The notes below the pieces were generated by a model, which was not told where the DNA came from, ran no database searches, and saw only the letters and a list, made by a program, of their open reading frames with translations. Of a stretch of DNA of 64,000 nt, positions 45,952-56,431 are shown piece by piece. The translations under genes were made by a program, and so were the position numbers. Source of the stretch: an uncultured Vampirovibrionales bacterium (lineage in GTDB: Bacteria > Cyanobacteriota > Vampirovibrionia > Vampirovibrionales > Vampirovibrionaceae); the NCBI GenBank assembly GCA_964390635.1, contig CAYMIG010000004.1:1057-65056 (forward strand), in the 5' to 3' direction. Position 1 is the first letter of the stretch; each line of letters opens with the position of its first letter.

Positions 45952-47125
45952 GCGTCTGAGCCTCCCCAGTGGTGGCCAGCTGCACGGCGCCATGGCGCAC
46001 CCGAAATACCGACAGTTCATCGCGCAGCAGGGCTTGCCAGCTGTCAGCCGGATGGGTGGTGGTGATCAGCACCTGGCCCCGGGGATCGATATGCTCCACC
46101 AGCAGGCGCTGGCGGGTGGGGTCCAGTTCCGCCATCACGTCATCCAGCAACAATACGGGTGGTTCCTGCAGGCGGACGCTCAAGCACTTTAGCTCGGTCA
46201 GCTTGAGGGCCAGCACGATGGAGCGCTGCTGCCCCTGGCTGCCAAACGCCACGGCCGCCATGCCGTCCAGGCAAAAGCGGAGATCGTCCCGGTGGGGGCC
46301 CACCAGGGCGGATCCCCGCCGGATTTCGTCCGGACGGGAGGCTTCCATGGCGGCCAGCAGCCGCTGCCTTAGGGCTTCGGCGGAATCAGAGGCCGTGGGA
46401 GCAGGCTCCAGGCCCGCAGCCTGGTAGGTCCAGCTAAGGTGCTCCCGACCATCGCTCAACTCCAGGTAAACCGTGGCCGCCAGATCCTCGATCATGGCCA
46501 GGTACTGCAGGCGGGAAGCCAGCACCTGGGCCCCCGCCCCGGCCAGGCGCTCATTCCATACGGTCAGGTGCTCGGGGGCGATGCGCTCGGGGGAGTCTTT
46601 CAACAGGCGGTTTTTCTGCACCCGGATCTTCTGGTAGTCGGAAAGATAGGCCAGATGGCGCTTATCGTATTGCACCACGGCGGCATCCAGCCAGCGGCGG
46701 CGATCCTCCGGGCTGCCCCGCAGGAGCAGGAGATCGGGCAGGAAAAAGGACACCGTGGGCAAATGGCCCAGCAGTTCGGAGCGGCTGCGCAGGGTGGTGC
46801 CGTTGATGCGGAGGGTGGTTTTTTGACGCTCCCCGCCGGCTTCGGTAGGCTCTAGCGTGATGCGGACATCCAGCTGCATGCGGCCCGCGTAGGCATGCGG
46901 GGAAAGCTGGGCGCTGATGGCGGCAAAAGACGCCCCGGTGCGGATCAGCTCCCGGTCGTTGTGGGTGCGGTGGGAGCGGGCATGGCTTAAAAAGTAGACC
47001 GCCTCCAGCAGGTTGGTCTTGCCCTGGCCGTTGGCACCCAGAAAGATGGTCTTGCCGGGGGCCAGATCCAGGGTCAACTGCTCGTAGTTGCGGAAATTCT
47101 TCAGTTCCAGGGATTGAACGCGCAT
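45941..47125 (-). CDS. recF: DNA replication/repair protein RecF
   Basis: NFRNY, GANGQGKTNLLEA, GPHRDD, SQGQQR, LLLDDVMAELD. Confidence 0.96.
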   Translation of the reverse strand: MRVQSLELKNFRNYEQLTLDLAPGKTIFLGANGQGKTNLLEAVYFLSHARSHRTHNDRELIRTGASFAAISAQLSPHAYAGRMQLDVRITLEPTEAGGERQKTTLRINGTTLRSRSELLGHLPTVSFFLPDLLLLRGSPEDRRRWLDAAVVQYDKRHLAYLSDYQKIRVQKNRLLKDSPERIAPEHLTVWNERLAGAGAQVLASRLQYLAMIEDLAATVYLELSDGREHLSWTYQAAGLEPAPTASDSAEALRQRLLAAMEASRPDEIRRGSALVGPHRDDLRFCLDGMAAVAFGSQGQQRSIVLALKLTELKCLSVRLQEPPVLLLDDVMAELDPTRQRLLVEHIDPRGQVLITTTHPADSWQALLRDELSVFRVRHGAVQLATTGEAQTHGG

Positions 47126-47185
47126 CGCCGAATGCCTCCGGGCCAATGGGCCGCTGAGGCCACCAGCCTGACTAGGGTCGCGGGG

Positions 47186-48307
47186 CTACTTCACCTGGAC
47201 GGGCATAACCAGGCAGAGGTAGCCGTTTTCTTCCTTGCCCTTGAAGATGGTGGGCGAAAGCGAGCCATTGGTTTCCATGCGCACGTCCTCAGATTCGATG
47301 ACCTTCAGGGCATCCAGCACGTACTTGTAGTTGAAGGCGATGTTCAGGGGCTCGCCGTCGTACAGGATTTCCATGGTGTCTTTCGAATCCCCCACATCCG
47401 GGGTGTTGGCGGCCAGCGACAGGTTGCCCTTGTCCAGCACCAGCTTCACGATGTTGGTGCGCTCGTTGGCCATAACCGCGGCCCGCTCCAGGGATTCGAT
47501 GAAGGCCTTCTTGTTGGCGTAAGCCACAATCTTGTTTTCCGCCGGGATCAGCTGGTTGTACTTGGGGTACTGCCCGTCCAGCAGACGGCTGAGCACATAG
47601 TAGCGGGCGGTGCGGAAGGAAATCTGCCCGTCCACGATGGCGATGCGCACCGGGGCGTCGCTGTCGGCGCCGGCCATCTTCAGGAATTCCTGCAAGGTCT
47701 TGGCCGGGATGATGGCGGCCACGTCCTGGCCGTTCCACTGCCCCTCGCTCACGTTCTCGATGCGCCGGGCTAGCCGGGAACCGTCGGTGGCGGCCATTTC
47801 CAGACCACTGGCGTTCAGCTGGAAGTACACCCCGCCCAGCACGTTGTTGGCATCGTAACTGGCCGCGGCAAAGGCGGTCTGGTTGATGGCCTTGATGAAG
47901 GCTTTGGCATCCACGTCCATGTAGCCGGTACCGTCAATCTGCTTAATCAGTGGGAATTCGTCGGCGGGCAGGGTGCGCATGTCGAAAACGCTGGTGCCGG
48001 ACTGGATGCGGGCGGTCTGCACAGCTTCCTCGATTTCGAAGGCCACTTCCCGGCTACTGGGCAGCTTGGCAATGATTTCAAACAGCTTGCGGGCCGACAG
48101 GGTGGTGCGGCCCTCTTCCAGCACGGTGGCGGGAATGGTGGTTTCGATGGCGAAGTCCAGGTCGGTGGCGGAGAGTTTCAGGGTGTGGTTACCCACGGTC
48201 TCAATCAGGATGTTGGAAAGGATGGGTTGAATGACCCGGGTGGCGGTGGCCCGCTGGACGGCGGAAACGGCCTGGTGCATGTCATCGCGCTGGACAGAAA
48301 ATTTCAT
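47186..48307 (-). CDS. dnaN: DNA polymerase III beta sliding clamp
   Basis: PILSNILI, ATDLD, ATDGSRL, LDGQYP, FNYKY, LVMPV. Confidence 0.97.
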   Translation of the reverse strand: MKFSVQRDDMHQAVSAVQRATATRVIQPILSNILIETVGNHTLKLSATDLDFAIETTIPATVLEEGRTTLSARKLFEIIAKLPSSREVAFEIEEAVQTARIQSGTSVFDMRTLPADEFPLIKQIDGTGYMDVDAKAFIKAINQTAFAAASYDANNVLGGVYFQLNASGLEMAATDGSRLARRIENVSEGQWNGQDVAAIIPAKTLQEFLKMAGADSDAPVRIAIVDGQISFRTARYYVLSRLLDGQYPKYNQLIPAENKIVAYANKKAFIESLERAAVMANERTNIVKLVLDKGNLSLAANTPDVGDSKDTMEILYDGEPLNIAFNYKYVLDALKVIESEDVRMETNGSLSPTIFKGKEENGYLCLVMPVQVK

Positions 48308-48399
48308 ACTTCCCAAACTCCTTATTCACGTATGAATAGAGTACACAAAACGGGAGGGCTTCCGCAAGCGATCCAGGCGGCTTTGCAACGGGGCCGTTA

Positions 48400-48612
48400 C
48401 GTTCGATCGTTTTTTTAAAAGATCATGCTTCATAATCATGGCGGCCAAAACCTGTAGAAAACTCAGCAGAAGGCTTGCCACGCCTGCAACGGGGGTTGTT
48501 CAAAACCTGTGGAAAGGCTGTGATCGATCCGGGCGGTTCATGACAGATCGGGGTTTCTGCACAGGCGGCCCGTCAGCGACATGACAGGGTTTTGAACAGG
48601 CACATGACAGCC
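48400..48612. other. Probable replication origin (oriC): degenerate DnaA-box cluster plus AT-rich tract
   Basis: Boxes TTTTCTACA (48453-61, -), TTTTGAACA (48497-505, -), CTTTCCACA (48508-16, -), TTCTGCACA (48555-63, +) and TTTTGAACA (48590-98, +); T7A4 tract near 48410; upstream of dnaN. Confidence 0.65.
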
Positions 48613-48619
48613 GGGCGGC

Positions 48620-49465
48620 TCACATGGTTTGCAGGGCCCGGGCGCTGATGTAATCCGGTTCATTGCGCACAATTTCCCTCAGCTGCATGCAGGTTTTCAG
48701 CATGGGTTCCACCCAGTCCAGGGGCAGCATGTTGCTGGCATCGCTCAGGCCCTTTTCCGGGGTGGGGTGGGTTTCGAAAAACAGCCCGCTGCAGCCGGCG
48801 GAGACCGCCGCCTTGGCCAGAAGCGGGGCGTATTCCCGGTTGCCGCCGGTGGTTTTGCCGTCCCCGCCCGGCAGCTGCACGCTGTGGGTGGCGTCAAAAA
48901 TTACCGGCAGGCCCAGCCCCTGGATGATGGGGATGGACCGCATGTCCACCACCAGGTTGTTGTAGCCAAAGGTGCTGCCCCGCTCGGTAATGTAGACCTC
49001 CTGGCAACCCATGCTTTGCACTTTCTCGGCGGCATGGCGAATATCCCTGGGGGCTACGAATTGGCCCTTCTTCACGTTCACCGGGATGCCATGTTCCCGT
49101 GCGGCGCGACCCGCCTCCAGCAGCAAGTCGGTTTGTCGGCACAAAAAGGCCGGAATCTGCATCATGTCCACCACGGCGGCTACTGGGGCAATTTCCGCCT
49201 CGGTATGCACGTCGGTTAGCAGGCGAACCCCCACGCTGTCCTTGATTTCCTTCAGGATGGCCAGCCCCTCAGTCAGGCCCGGCCCTCGGTAGGAATCGAT
49301 GGAGGAGCGGTTGGCCTTGTCGTAGGAGCTTTTGAAGTAGAACTTGATTTCGGGGAATTGGGCGGTGATTTCCTTCAGGGTGCGGGCCACTTCAAAGTTG
49401 ACCGCCCCCCGGTTGGACTCCAGCACGCACGGGCCGGCAATGACAACGAATTCCTGCTTGTTCAT
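48620..49465 (-). CDS. kdsA: KDO-8-phosphate synthase
   Basis: IAGPCVLE, KSSYDKANRSS, QIPAFLCRQT, KKGQF, ERGSTFGY, FDATHSVQ. Confidence 0.97.
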   Translation of the reverse strand: MNKQEFVVIAGPCVLESNRGAVNFEVARTLKEITAQFPEIKFYFKSSYDKANRSSIDSYRGPGLTEGLAILKEIKDSVGVRLLTDVHTEAEIAPVAAVVDMMQIPAFLCRQTDLLLEAGRAAREHGIPVNVKKGQFVAPRDIRHAAEKVQSMGCQEVYITERGSTFGYNNLVVDMRSIPIIQGLGLPVIFDATHSVQLPGGDGKTTGGNREYAPLLAKAAVSAGCSGLFFETHPTPEKGLSDASNMLPLDWVEPMLKTCMQLREIVRNEPDYISARALQTM

Positions 49466-49572
49466 GCGAAAACTTCCTGCTGATAGGGGAATGCCGCCAT
49501 TGTAACAGAAGCGTCCCCAAGTAACGAGTCGTCACAAACCATTGAAAAAGGGGCCGGGCGGGGGGATGATGG

Positions 49573-50769
49573 ATGCCTATGAGAGGCCTTTGCGAAAAAA
49601 CGGTGCCGGAAACCGAAACCCTGATACTCTGGGCCTTTGTGCGCGCTGGCTTTGCCTCCGGGGAGGATGGCCTGGGCAGCCGAACCGTGTACAAGCTGCT
49701 GCAGGCGGCTGGATCCCCTACCGCCTTGTGGGAGGCTTCTTCCAGCTTTCTTAATACCCACCTCAAGCCGGCCCAGAAGGCATGCTTCGAAAAAATCCGA
49801 TCCCGGGGCCTGCCGGCGGCCATGCCCGATGTGTACGAGCGGGCCGGCATTTTGGTGTTGCCCCTGTATGACTCCCGCTATCCGGCCCTGCTGCGGGAAA
49901 CCTACAGCCCGCCCCTGCTGTTGTTCGTGAAGGGGGATCCGGCGGTGCTTGCCGGGAAAACCCTGGCGGTGGTTGGCACCCGGGCCTGTACCGAATATGG
50001 GCGCACGGTGACCGACAAGCTGGTCGGCGAGCTGGTTCCCGCCGGGGTGTCCATCATCAGCGGGTTGGCCGCGGGCATTGATACCTGCGCCCATCGGGCC
50101 GCCCTGCACCATGGCCTGCCCACTGCGGCAGTGTTTGGCTGTGGCCTGGATGTGGTTTTTCCCGCCCGCAACGAGGGGCTGGCCCGGGATATCCTGTCGG
50201 CGGGCGGTGCCCTGGTTAGCGAGTATCCCCTGGGCACCCCGCCCACCCGGTTTACCTTTCCCCAGCGTAACCGCATTGTGGCGGGCCTGTGCCACGGCAC
50301 CCTGGTGGTGGAGGGTAGCCCCAAAAGCGGGGCCCTGATTACCGCTAAATTGGCTCTGGAAGAGGGCCGCACGGTGTATACCGTGCCCGGCAACCTGTTC
50401 AGTCCGGTCAGCGCGGGCCCCCATGCCCTGATCAAAACCGGGGCGGTGCCGGTGACTGAAGGGTCGGAGATCCTTAAAGATCAGCATTGGCTTTTGCACC
50501 CGGCGCCCGCGGGGCCATGCGTGGGAACCCTGCCCGTTCCCCCGGCGTCTGAGCCTGATATTTCCCTGCCAGAGCCGGCCCGTCAGGTGTTAAGGTTGAT
50601 CCCCCATGACCCGGTGGCGGTGGATGCCCTCATCCTGCAAAGCGGGCTGACGGCGGCGGCCCTGGGCGAGCAGCTGACCCTGCTGGAACTGGAAGGCCTG
50701 GTGCGTGCCCTGCCTGGCGCCCTGGTCTGTCGCAGCGCACTTTGGGAACACGGGGAACACGCCGGATGA
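49573..50769 (+). CDS. dprA: DNA processing protein DprA
   Basis: AVVGTR, ISGLAAGID, SEYP, FPQRNRIVAG, SGALITA; C-terminal winged-helix region. Confidence 0.94.
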   Translation: MPMRGLCEKTVPETETLILWAFVRAGFASGEDGLGSRTVYKLLQAAGSPTALWEASSSFLNTHLKPAQKACFEKIRSRGLPAAMPDVYERAGILVLPLYDSRYPALLRETYSPPLLLFVKGDPAVLAGKTLAVVGTRACTEYGRTVTDKLVGELVPAGVSIISGLAAGIDTCAHRAALHHGLPTAAVFGCGLDVVFPARNEGLARDILSAGGALVSEYPLGTPPTRFTFPQRNRIVAGLCHGTLVVEGSPKSGALITAKLALEEGRTVYTVPGNLFSPVSAGPHALIKTGAVPVTEGSEILKDQHWLLHPAPAGPCVGTLPVPPASEPDISLPEPARQVLRLIPHDPVAVDALILQSGLTAAALGEQLTLLELEGLVRALPGALVCRSALWEHGEHAG

Positions 50770-53726
50770 AGACCCTGGTTTTAATCGACGGACATTCGCT
50801 GGCCTATCGCATGCATTTTGCGCTGGAGCGCACCAACATGCGCCTGGGCGACGGCACCCCCAGCTGGGCGGTCTACGGGTTTTTCAACGCCTTGTTTTCG
50901 CTGCTGAAAAAAATGCGCCCGGATGCCATGGCGGTGTCCTTCGACGTGGGGCGAATCACCTTCCGCAACGATCTGTACCCCGAATACAAGGCCCATCGGG
51001 AGGCCATGCCCGAGGAAATGAAGGCCCAGATGGCCCTGATTCGGGAAGGCATCGAAAGGCTGGGCATTCCCATCTACCAGAAGGAGGGCTTCGAGGCGGA
51101 CGACGTCATCGGCACCCTGTCTTGCCAGGCGGCCCGGGAAGGCTATTGGGTGCAGATTTTGACCGGGGATCAGGACGCCTTCCAGCTGGTGGCCGATCTG
51201 CAACCGGGCGACGACGATCCTGCCGGGCGCATCGACGTGCTGATCCCCCCCCGCACCCCCAAAGACGACCTCAAGTGGTACGATCGGGATGAGGTCTATA
51301 AAAAATGGGGCATCTGGCCGGAGCAGGTGACCGATTACAAGGGGTTGAAGGGGGATACCTCCGATAACATCCCCGGGGTGCCCGGGGTGGGCGAAAAAAC
51401 CGCCTGTAAACTGCTTACCGACTACCACAACCTGGAAAACCTCTATGCCCACCTGCATGAGTTGCCCCCCAACAAGTTGCGGGAAAAGCTGGAAACCCAC
51501 CGCGATCAGGCTTTTTTAAGCAAGCGCCTGGCCACCATCGATTGCCAGGTGCCTTTGCACGTGGACTGGGCCGATTGCCGCCTGGCCATCCCGGATGCCG
51601 AGGCCCTGATGGACTACATGCGCAAAATGGAGTTCAACAGCTTCCTGAAGCAGGCCCCCACGCTGCTGGCCCCCTTTATGCAGGGCGATGCCCCTCCCCT
51701 GGAAACCCCCGCCCGGGAAACCGACCGGCATGCCCAGGTGAATGGGGGTATCACGGCCACCGCCCCGCCCGAAACCCGGGTGGCGGATCCCCTGCGGGCC
51801 TTGCAGCCGCCGGAATCCCTGCGGGTGGACCATACCCTGGTGTGCAGCGAGGCCCAGCTGAAAACCCTGCTGGATGCGGTTCGCCGGGCCGGGGCCTTTG
51901 CATTGGACGTGGAAACCACCGGCCTGGACGTGCATACCGCCGAAGTGGCCGGGATTGCCATCACCGTGGGGGAGGGGTTTGAGCGCTACGACCGCCCTGC
52001 CCAGAATATCCTGAAGCTGACCGATTACCCGGCCCGCTTTCCGGCGGTGCGCCTAAAGCCCGGGACTACCGAGGCGGTGCGCAACTACTATATCCCCCTG
52101 CGCCATCCTGATGTGGAGACCGAATTGACCGAGGCCGCCGTGCGGGAAGCGCTGGATGGCGTGTTTGCCGATGCGGGCCTCATCAAGTTCATCCACAACG
52201 TGAAGTTCGAGATCAACCAGTTCCGACGCTGGGGGCTTCGCCTGCAAGGGGTGGTCTTCGATACCATGCTGGCCAGCTACATCCAGGATCCCGATCGCCG
52301 GCATGGCCTGAAAAGCTTGAGCCAGGAGCTGTTTTACCAACCCATGACCGAAATCAAGGAACTGATTGGCACCGGCAAAAAGCAGATTGTTTTTTCCGAG
52401 GTACCGGTGGCCGAGGCCGCGGCTTACGCGGTTTGCGACACTTACACCACCTGGCGGCTGGCCCGGCACTTCCTGGAAACCCTCAGCGAAACGCAGTGGA
52501 CGCTCTTTTACGAGATTGAGCTGCCCCTGGCCGGGGTGCTGGCCGACATGGAATGGATCGGGGTGGCCCTGGACACCGGCTATCTCAAGCGGCTCAGCGC
52601 CGATCTGGCTGGCCGGCTGGCCGTGCTGGAGACCGAGATTCACGGGCTGGCCGGTTGCCAGTTCAACCTCAACTCCCCCAAGCAGGTGGGCGATGTGCTG
52701 TTTGACAAGCTGGGCATTCAGCCCCTGCGCAAGACCAAGGGCAAGACCGGCTACTCCACCGACGTCAAGGTGCTGGAGCAGCTGGCCGGGGATTACGAGA
52801 TTGTGCGCAAGCTGCTGGAATACCGCCAGCTTTTCAAGCTGAAGTCTACCTATATCGACGCACTGCCCGAGCTGATCCATCCCCAGACCGGGCGGCTGCA
52901 CACCAGTTTTAACCAGACGGTGACCGCCACCGGGCGATTGTCCAGCAGCAACCCCAACCTGCAGAACATCCCCATCCGCTCCGAGCTGGGCCGTCAGATT
53001 CGCCAGGCCTTTGTGCCCGGGGAGCGCCCCGGCTGGTCTTTGATTTCGGCGGACTACTCCCAGATTGAGCTGCGCCTGCTGGCCCACTTCTCCGAGGATC
53101 CGCATTTGGTGCAGGCTTTTCAGCAGGGCGAGGATATCCATACCGCCACGGCGGCCCTGGTGTTTGGCATGGCCCCTGCCCAGGTGACCAAGGAGCAGCG
53201 TTATCGGGCCAAGACGGTGAATTTCGGGGTGATTTACGGGCAATCCGCCTTTGGACTGTCCCAGCAGCTCAAGATTCCCCAAAAGGAAGCCGCCGAGTTC
53301 ATCCAGCGCTACTTTTCCCGCTATGCCCACGTGAAACGCTTTATCGACCGCATCAAGGCCGAAGCCCACCGTACCGGCCAGGTGGCCACCTTGTGCGGGC
53401 GGGTACGGGATCTTTCCGATGGGCTGCAAAGCAGCAACCGGGGCATCCGGGAGTTTTCGGAGCGGGCCGCCTTCAACACCCCCCTGCAAGGCTCCGCCGC
53501 CGACCTGATGAAGGTGGCCATGATCCGCCTGCACCGCCGCCTGCTTCAGGAGGGCTTGCAGGCCCGCATCATCCTGCAGGTGCACGACGAGCTGGTGCTG
53601 GAGGTGCCGGATGCCGAGGCCGCGCGGGTTCAGGAACTGGTTATCTGGGCCATGCAGTTGGATCAACCCCTCAAAGTGCCCCTGGTGGTGGATGTGTATA
53701 CCGGCCCGACCTGGATGGAGACCTGA
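50766..53726 (+). CDS. polA: DNA polymerase I
   Basis: LIDG, EADD, GDTSDNIPGV, DVETTG, TGRLSSSNPNLQNIP, ADYSQIELR, QVHDEL. Confidence 0.98.
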   Translation: MKTLVLIDGHSLAYRMHFALERTNMRLGDGTPSWAVYGFFNALFSLLKKMRPDAMAVSFDVGRITFRNDLYPEYKAHREAMPEEMKAQMALIREGIERLGIPIYQKEGFEADDVIGTLSCQAAREGYWVQILTGDQDAFQLVADLQPGDDDPAGRIDVLIPPRTPKDDLKWYDRDEVYKKWGIWPEQVTDYKGLKGDTSDNIPGVPGVGEKTACKLLTDYHNLENLYAHLHELPPNKLREKLETHRDQAFLSKRLATIDCQVPLHVDWADCRLAIPDAEALMDYMRKMEFNSFLKQAPTLLAPFMQGDAPPLETPARETDRHAQVNGGITATAPPETRVADPLRALQPPESLRVDHTLVCSEAQLKTLLDAVRRAGAFALDVETTGLDVHTAEVAGIAITVGEGFERYDRPAQNILKLTDYPARFPAVRLKPGTTEAVRNYYIPLRHPDVETELTEAAVREALDGVFADAGLIKFIHNVKFEINQFRRWGLRLQGVVFDTMLASYIQDPDRRHGLKSLSQELFYQPMTEIKELIGTGKKQIVFSEVPVAEAAAYAVCDTYTTWRLARHFLETLSETQWTLFYEIELPLAGVLADMEWIGVALDTGYLKRLSADLAGRLAVLETEIHGLAGCQFNLNSPKQVGDVLFDKLGIQPLRKTKGKTGYSTDVKVLEQLAGDYEIVRKLLEYRQLFKLKSTYIDALPELIHPQTGRLHTSFNQTVTATGRLSSSNPNLQNIPIRSELGRQIRQAFVPGERPGWSLISADYSQIELRLLAHFSEDPHLVQAFQQGEDIHTATAALVFGMAPAQVTKEQRYRAKTVNFGVIYGQSAFGLSQQLKIPQKEAAEFIQRYFSRYAHVKRFIDRIKAEAHRTGQVATLCGRVRDLSDGLQSSNRGIREFSERAAFNTPLQGSAADLMKVAMIRLHRRLLQEGLQARIILQVHDELVLEVPDAEAARVQELVIWAMQLDQPLKVPLVVDVYTGPTWMET

Positions 53727-54625
53727 TGAGCCATTTGCATCGCATTACGGTGGTTCAGAACACCACCACTGACCCCCAAGACCGTTGCACCCGCCAGGTG
53801 TTGGCGTTCATGCAGGCCCATGGCATCCAGACCACCCTGCTGCAGGTGATGGGCAAGGAATGCCCGGAAGTGACCGAGGCGGCCCGCAACCCGGATCTGG
53901 TCATGATCGTGGGCGGGGACGGCACGTTTTTAAGGGCGGCCCGTCGCTTCGTGCAGGATCGGGTGCCCCTGGTGGGCATCAATACCGGCACCCTGGGCTT
54001 TCTCACCCATATCGACCCGGCCCGCCTGGAAGAATTCCTGGTGATGCTGGTTTCTGGCCAGTACACCCTGGAAGAGCGCATGATGCTCTCTATCAAAAAC
54101 CCGGGTCATGCGGCCAGCCGCGAGGATCTGGCCCTGAATGACGTGGTGATTAAAAACGCCAATCCCAGCCAGCTTTGCACCTTGCGCCTGTTTGTAAACG
54201 ATACCCTGGTGGCTATTTACGACTCCGACGGGCTGATTCTCTCGACCCCCACCGGCACCACCGCCTATACCATGGCTGCCGGGGGCCCGGTCATTTCCCC
54301 GGAGGTGGAGGCCATCTCCATTACCCCCATCTGTCCGCACAGCTTTTCCGCCAAGGCAGTGGTGGTGCCCGCCGACAAAGAGTTCCGGGTGGAATCCGAC
54401 GGGCGCAACGAGGATGTGGTTTATGCCCTAGACGGCCTGGAGTGCGGCACCTTCAAGCGGGGCGAATCGCTGACCGTGGTGCGCTCCAACCTGTCCTTCC
54501 GCATGGTGAATTTCCAGAATTCTGACGACGACTTCTACGTGCTGCTGAAGAAAAAGCTGCATTGGTCCATGAACCCCCGCTGGCAAAACCCGATCGGGGA
54601 AGGCCGGCCCCACACTCCCACTTAA
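53726..54625 (+). CDS. nadK: NAD kinase
   Basis: GGDGT, GINTGTLGFL, LND, DGLILSTPTGTTAY; ATG overlaps the polA stop. Confidence 0.95.
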   Translation: MSHLHRITVVQNTTTDPQDRCTRQVLAFMQAHGIQTTLLQVMGKECPEVTEAARNPDLVMIVGGDGTFLRAARRFVQDRVPLVGINTGTLGFLTHIDPARLEEFLVMLVSGQYTLEERMMLSIKNPGHAASREDLALNDVVIKNANPSQLCTLRLFVNDTLVAIYDSDGLILSTPTGTTAYTMAAGGPVISPEVEAISITPICPHSFSAKAVVVPADKEFRVESDGRNEDVVYALDGLECGTFKRGESLTVVRSNLSFRMVNFQNSDDDFYVLLKKKLHWSMNPRWQNPIGEGRPHTPT

Positions 54626-54651
54626 CCGGCCCGATGGGCTACAATAGACCT

Positions 54652-56424
54652 ATGCTTAGGCAACTGACCGTTTGCAACATCGCCATTGTGGCGCAGCTGG
54701 AAGTGAGTTTCCAACCCGGGCTGACCGTGATCACCGGGGAAAGCGGCTCGGGCAAAAGCATCCTGGTGGATGCCATCGCCCTGGCTTTTGGGGCCAAGGC
54801 CTCTCCCCGGGAAATCCTGCGGGCTGGCTGCGATCGGGGCCTGGTGGAGCTGCTTTTCGATGCCTCCGATCGCCTGGGGCACCCAAATTTTAGCCAATTA
54901 TTGGCCGATGCCGGGGTGGCTTTGGAGCCGGGGGAAACCGAAATCCTCATTTCCCGGGAGTTTACCCCGGCGGGCAGCCGGTGCCGCCTCAACGGGGTGC
55001 CGGTTGCGCGGGAGACCCTGGCCTTGCTGCGTCCCTGGGTGGTGGATTTGCATGGCCAGCATGAGTTGACCAGCCTGTTTCAAAGCGAGCGGCAGCGGGC
55101 CTACTTGGATAGCATGGGCGATGAGGCCTTCCAGCGCCTGAAGCGGGAAACGGCCCAGGCCTACCAGGCCTGGCACACGCTGGCCCTGCGCCGGGATCGC
55201 CTGGCGGCCAACCGGCAGGATTTTTTGCAGCGGCGCGATTTTTTGCGCTTCCAGCTGGAAGAGCTTTCGGCGGCCCGCCTGGAAGATGCCGAGGAAGACC
55301 AGCGCCTGCAACAGGAGCGGGATGTGCTGCGCCATGCCGATAAATTGTTGCAGGCGGCCAGCCATGCCGCCGGCATGCTGGGAGAAGGTGACGGGCAGGT
55401 GCCTGCCCTGCTGGATCAGTTGTCCCGGGTGGCTAAAAAGCTGTCCGAGGGGGCTCCCTATGATGTTCGCCTGGCCCGGCTGCTGGAGACGGTGGAAGGG
55501 GCCCGCACCGAACTGCAGGCGGTCAACCTGGAGCTGGGCGCCTATGCCGAGGGGGTGGATATTCGTCCCGAGCGGCTTTCCGAAGTGACCGAGCGCCTGG
55601 ATGCCCTGGAGAAGCTGAAGCGAAAATACGGCCCCGCCCTGGCGGATGTGCTGGATACCTATGTGCGACTGCAAGCCGATCTGCAGGCCATGGCCCTGGA
55701 TGAGACCGATCTGGAAACCCTGGATGCCCAGGTAGCCGAGGCGGAAGCGACGCTGGATGGCGCATGCCGCCAGCTTTCCGAGCAGCGGCGGGCCCTGGCC
55801 TTGCAGTTGACCGATCGCCTGCTGGAGGAGCTTCGCCAGCTGGCTTTGCCCGCGGTGCAGTTTCAGGTGGCCTTTGAAACCGGGCCCTATGGGCCGGAAG
55901 GCCACGATGCCGTCACCTTCCTGTTTTCGGCCAACCCCGGCGAGCCCTTGCGTCCCCTGGCCAAGGTGGCCAGCGGCGGGGAGCTTTCCCGTTTCCTGCT
56001 GGCCATGAAAGTGTTGCTGGCCCAGGCCGACGGCATCCAGACCCTGGTCTTTGACGAAATCGACAGTGGGGTGAGTGGCCCGACGGCACGGGCGGTGGGC
56101 GAAAAACTGGTGGGCCTGGCCCGCGCGCACCAGGTGCTGGTTATTACCCATCAGCCGCTTATAGCGGCCCTGGGCCAGGATCACTGGCACGTGGAAAAGA
56201 CGGTGGTGGGCACGGGCACCCAGGAAACGGTCAGCGTGCAGGCCCAGCGCTTATTGCATGAGACAAGGCGGCTCAGCATCCTGAGCCGCCTTGTCAGTGG
56301 GACAGATACCAGTGACGAAACGGTGGAGCGGTTCATCCGGCGCCTGCTGGACGAAGCCCGGGCCATCCATGCGGCGGCCCCGCAGCCGGAGCCCGGTGGC
56401 CAAGCCTCGGCCCCGGCCCGCTAG
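54652..56424 (+). CDS. recN: DNA repair protein RecN
   Basis: TGESGSGKSI, LHGQH, KVASGGELSR, FDEIDSGVSG, ITHQP. Confidence 0.96.
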   Translation: MLRQLTVCNIAIVAQLEVSFQPGLTVITGESGSGKSILVDAIALAFGAKASPREILRAGCDRGLVELLFDASDRLGHPNFSQLLADAGVALEPGETEILISREFTPAGSRCRLNGVPVARETLALLRPWVVDLHGQHELTSLFQSERQRAYLDSMGDEAFQRLKRETAQAYQAWHTLALRRDRLAANRQDFLQRRDFLRFQLEELSAARLEDAEEDQRLQQERDVLRHADKLLQAASHAAGMLGEGDGQVPALLDQLSRVAKKLSEGAPYDVRLARLLETVEGARTELQAVNLELGAYAEGVDIRPERLSEVTERLDALEKLKRKYGPALADVLDTYVRLQADLQAMALDETDLETLDAQVAEAEATLDGACRQLSEQRRALALQLTDRLLEELRQLALPAVQFQVAFETGPYGPEGHDAVTFLFSANPGEPLRPLAKVASGGELSRFLLAMKVLLAQADGIQTLVFDEIDSGVSGPTARAVGEKLVGLARAHQVLVITHQPLIAALGQDHWHVEKTVVGTGTQETVSVQAQRLLHETRRLSILSRLVSGTDTSDETVERFIRRLLDEARAIHAAAPQPEPGGQASAPAR

Positions 56425-56431
56425 CGGCAGG

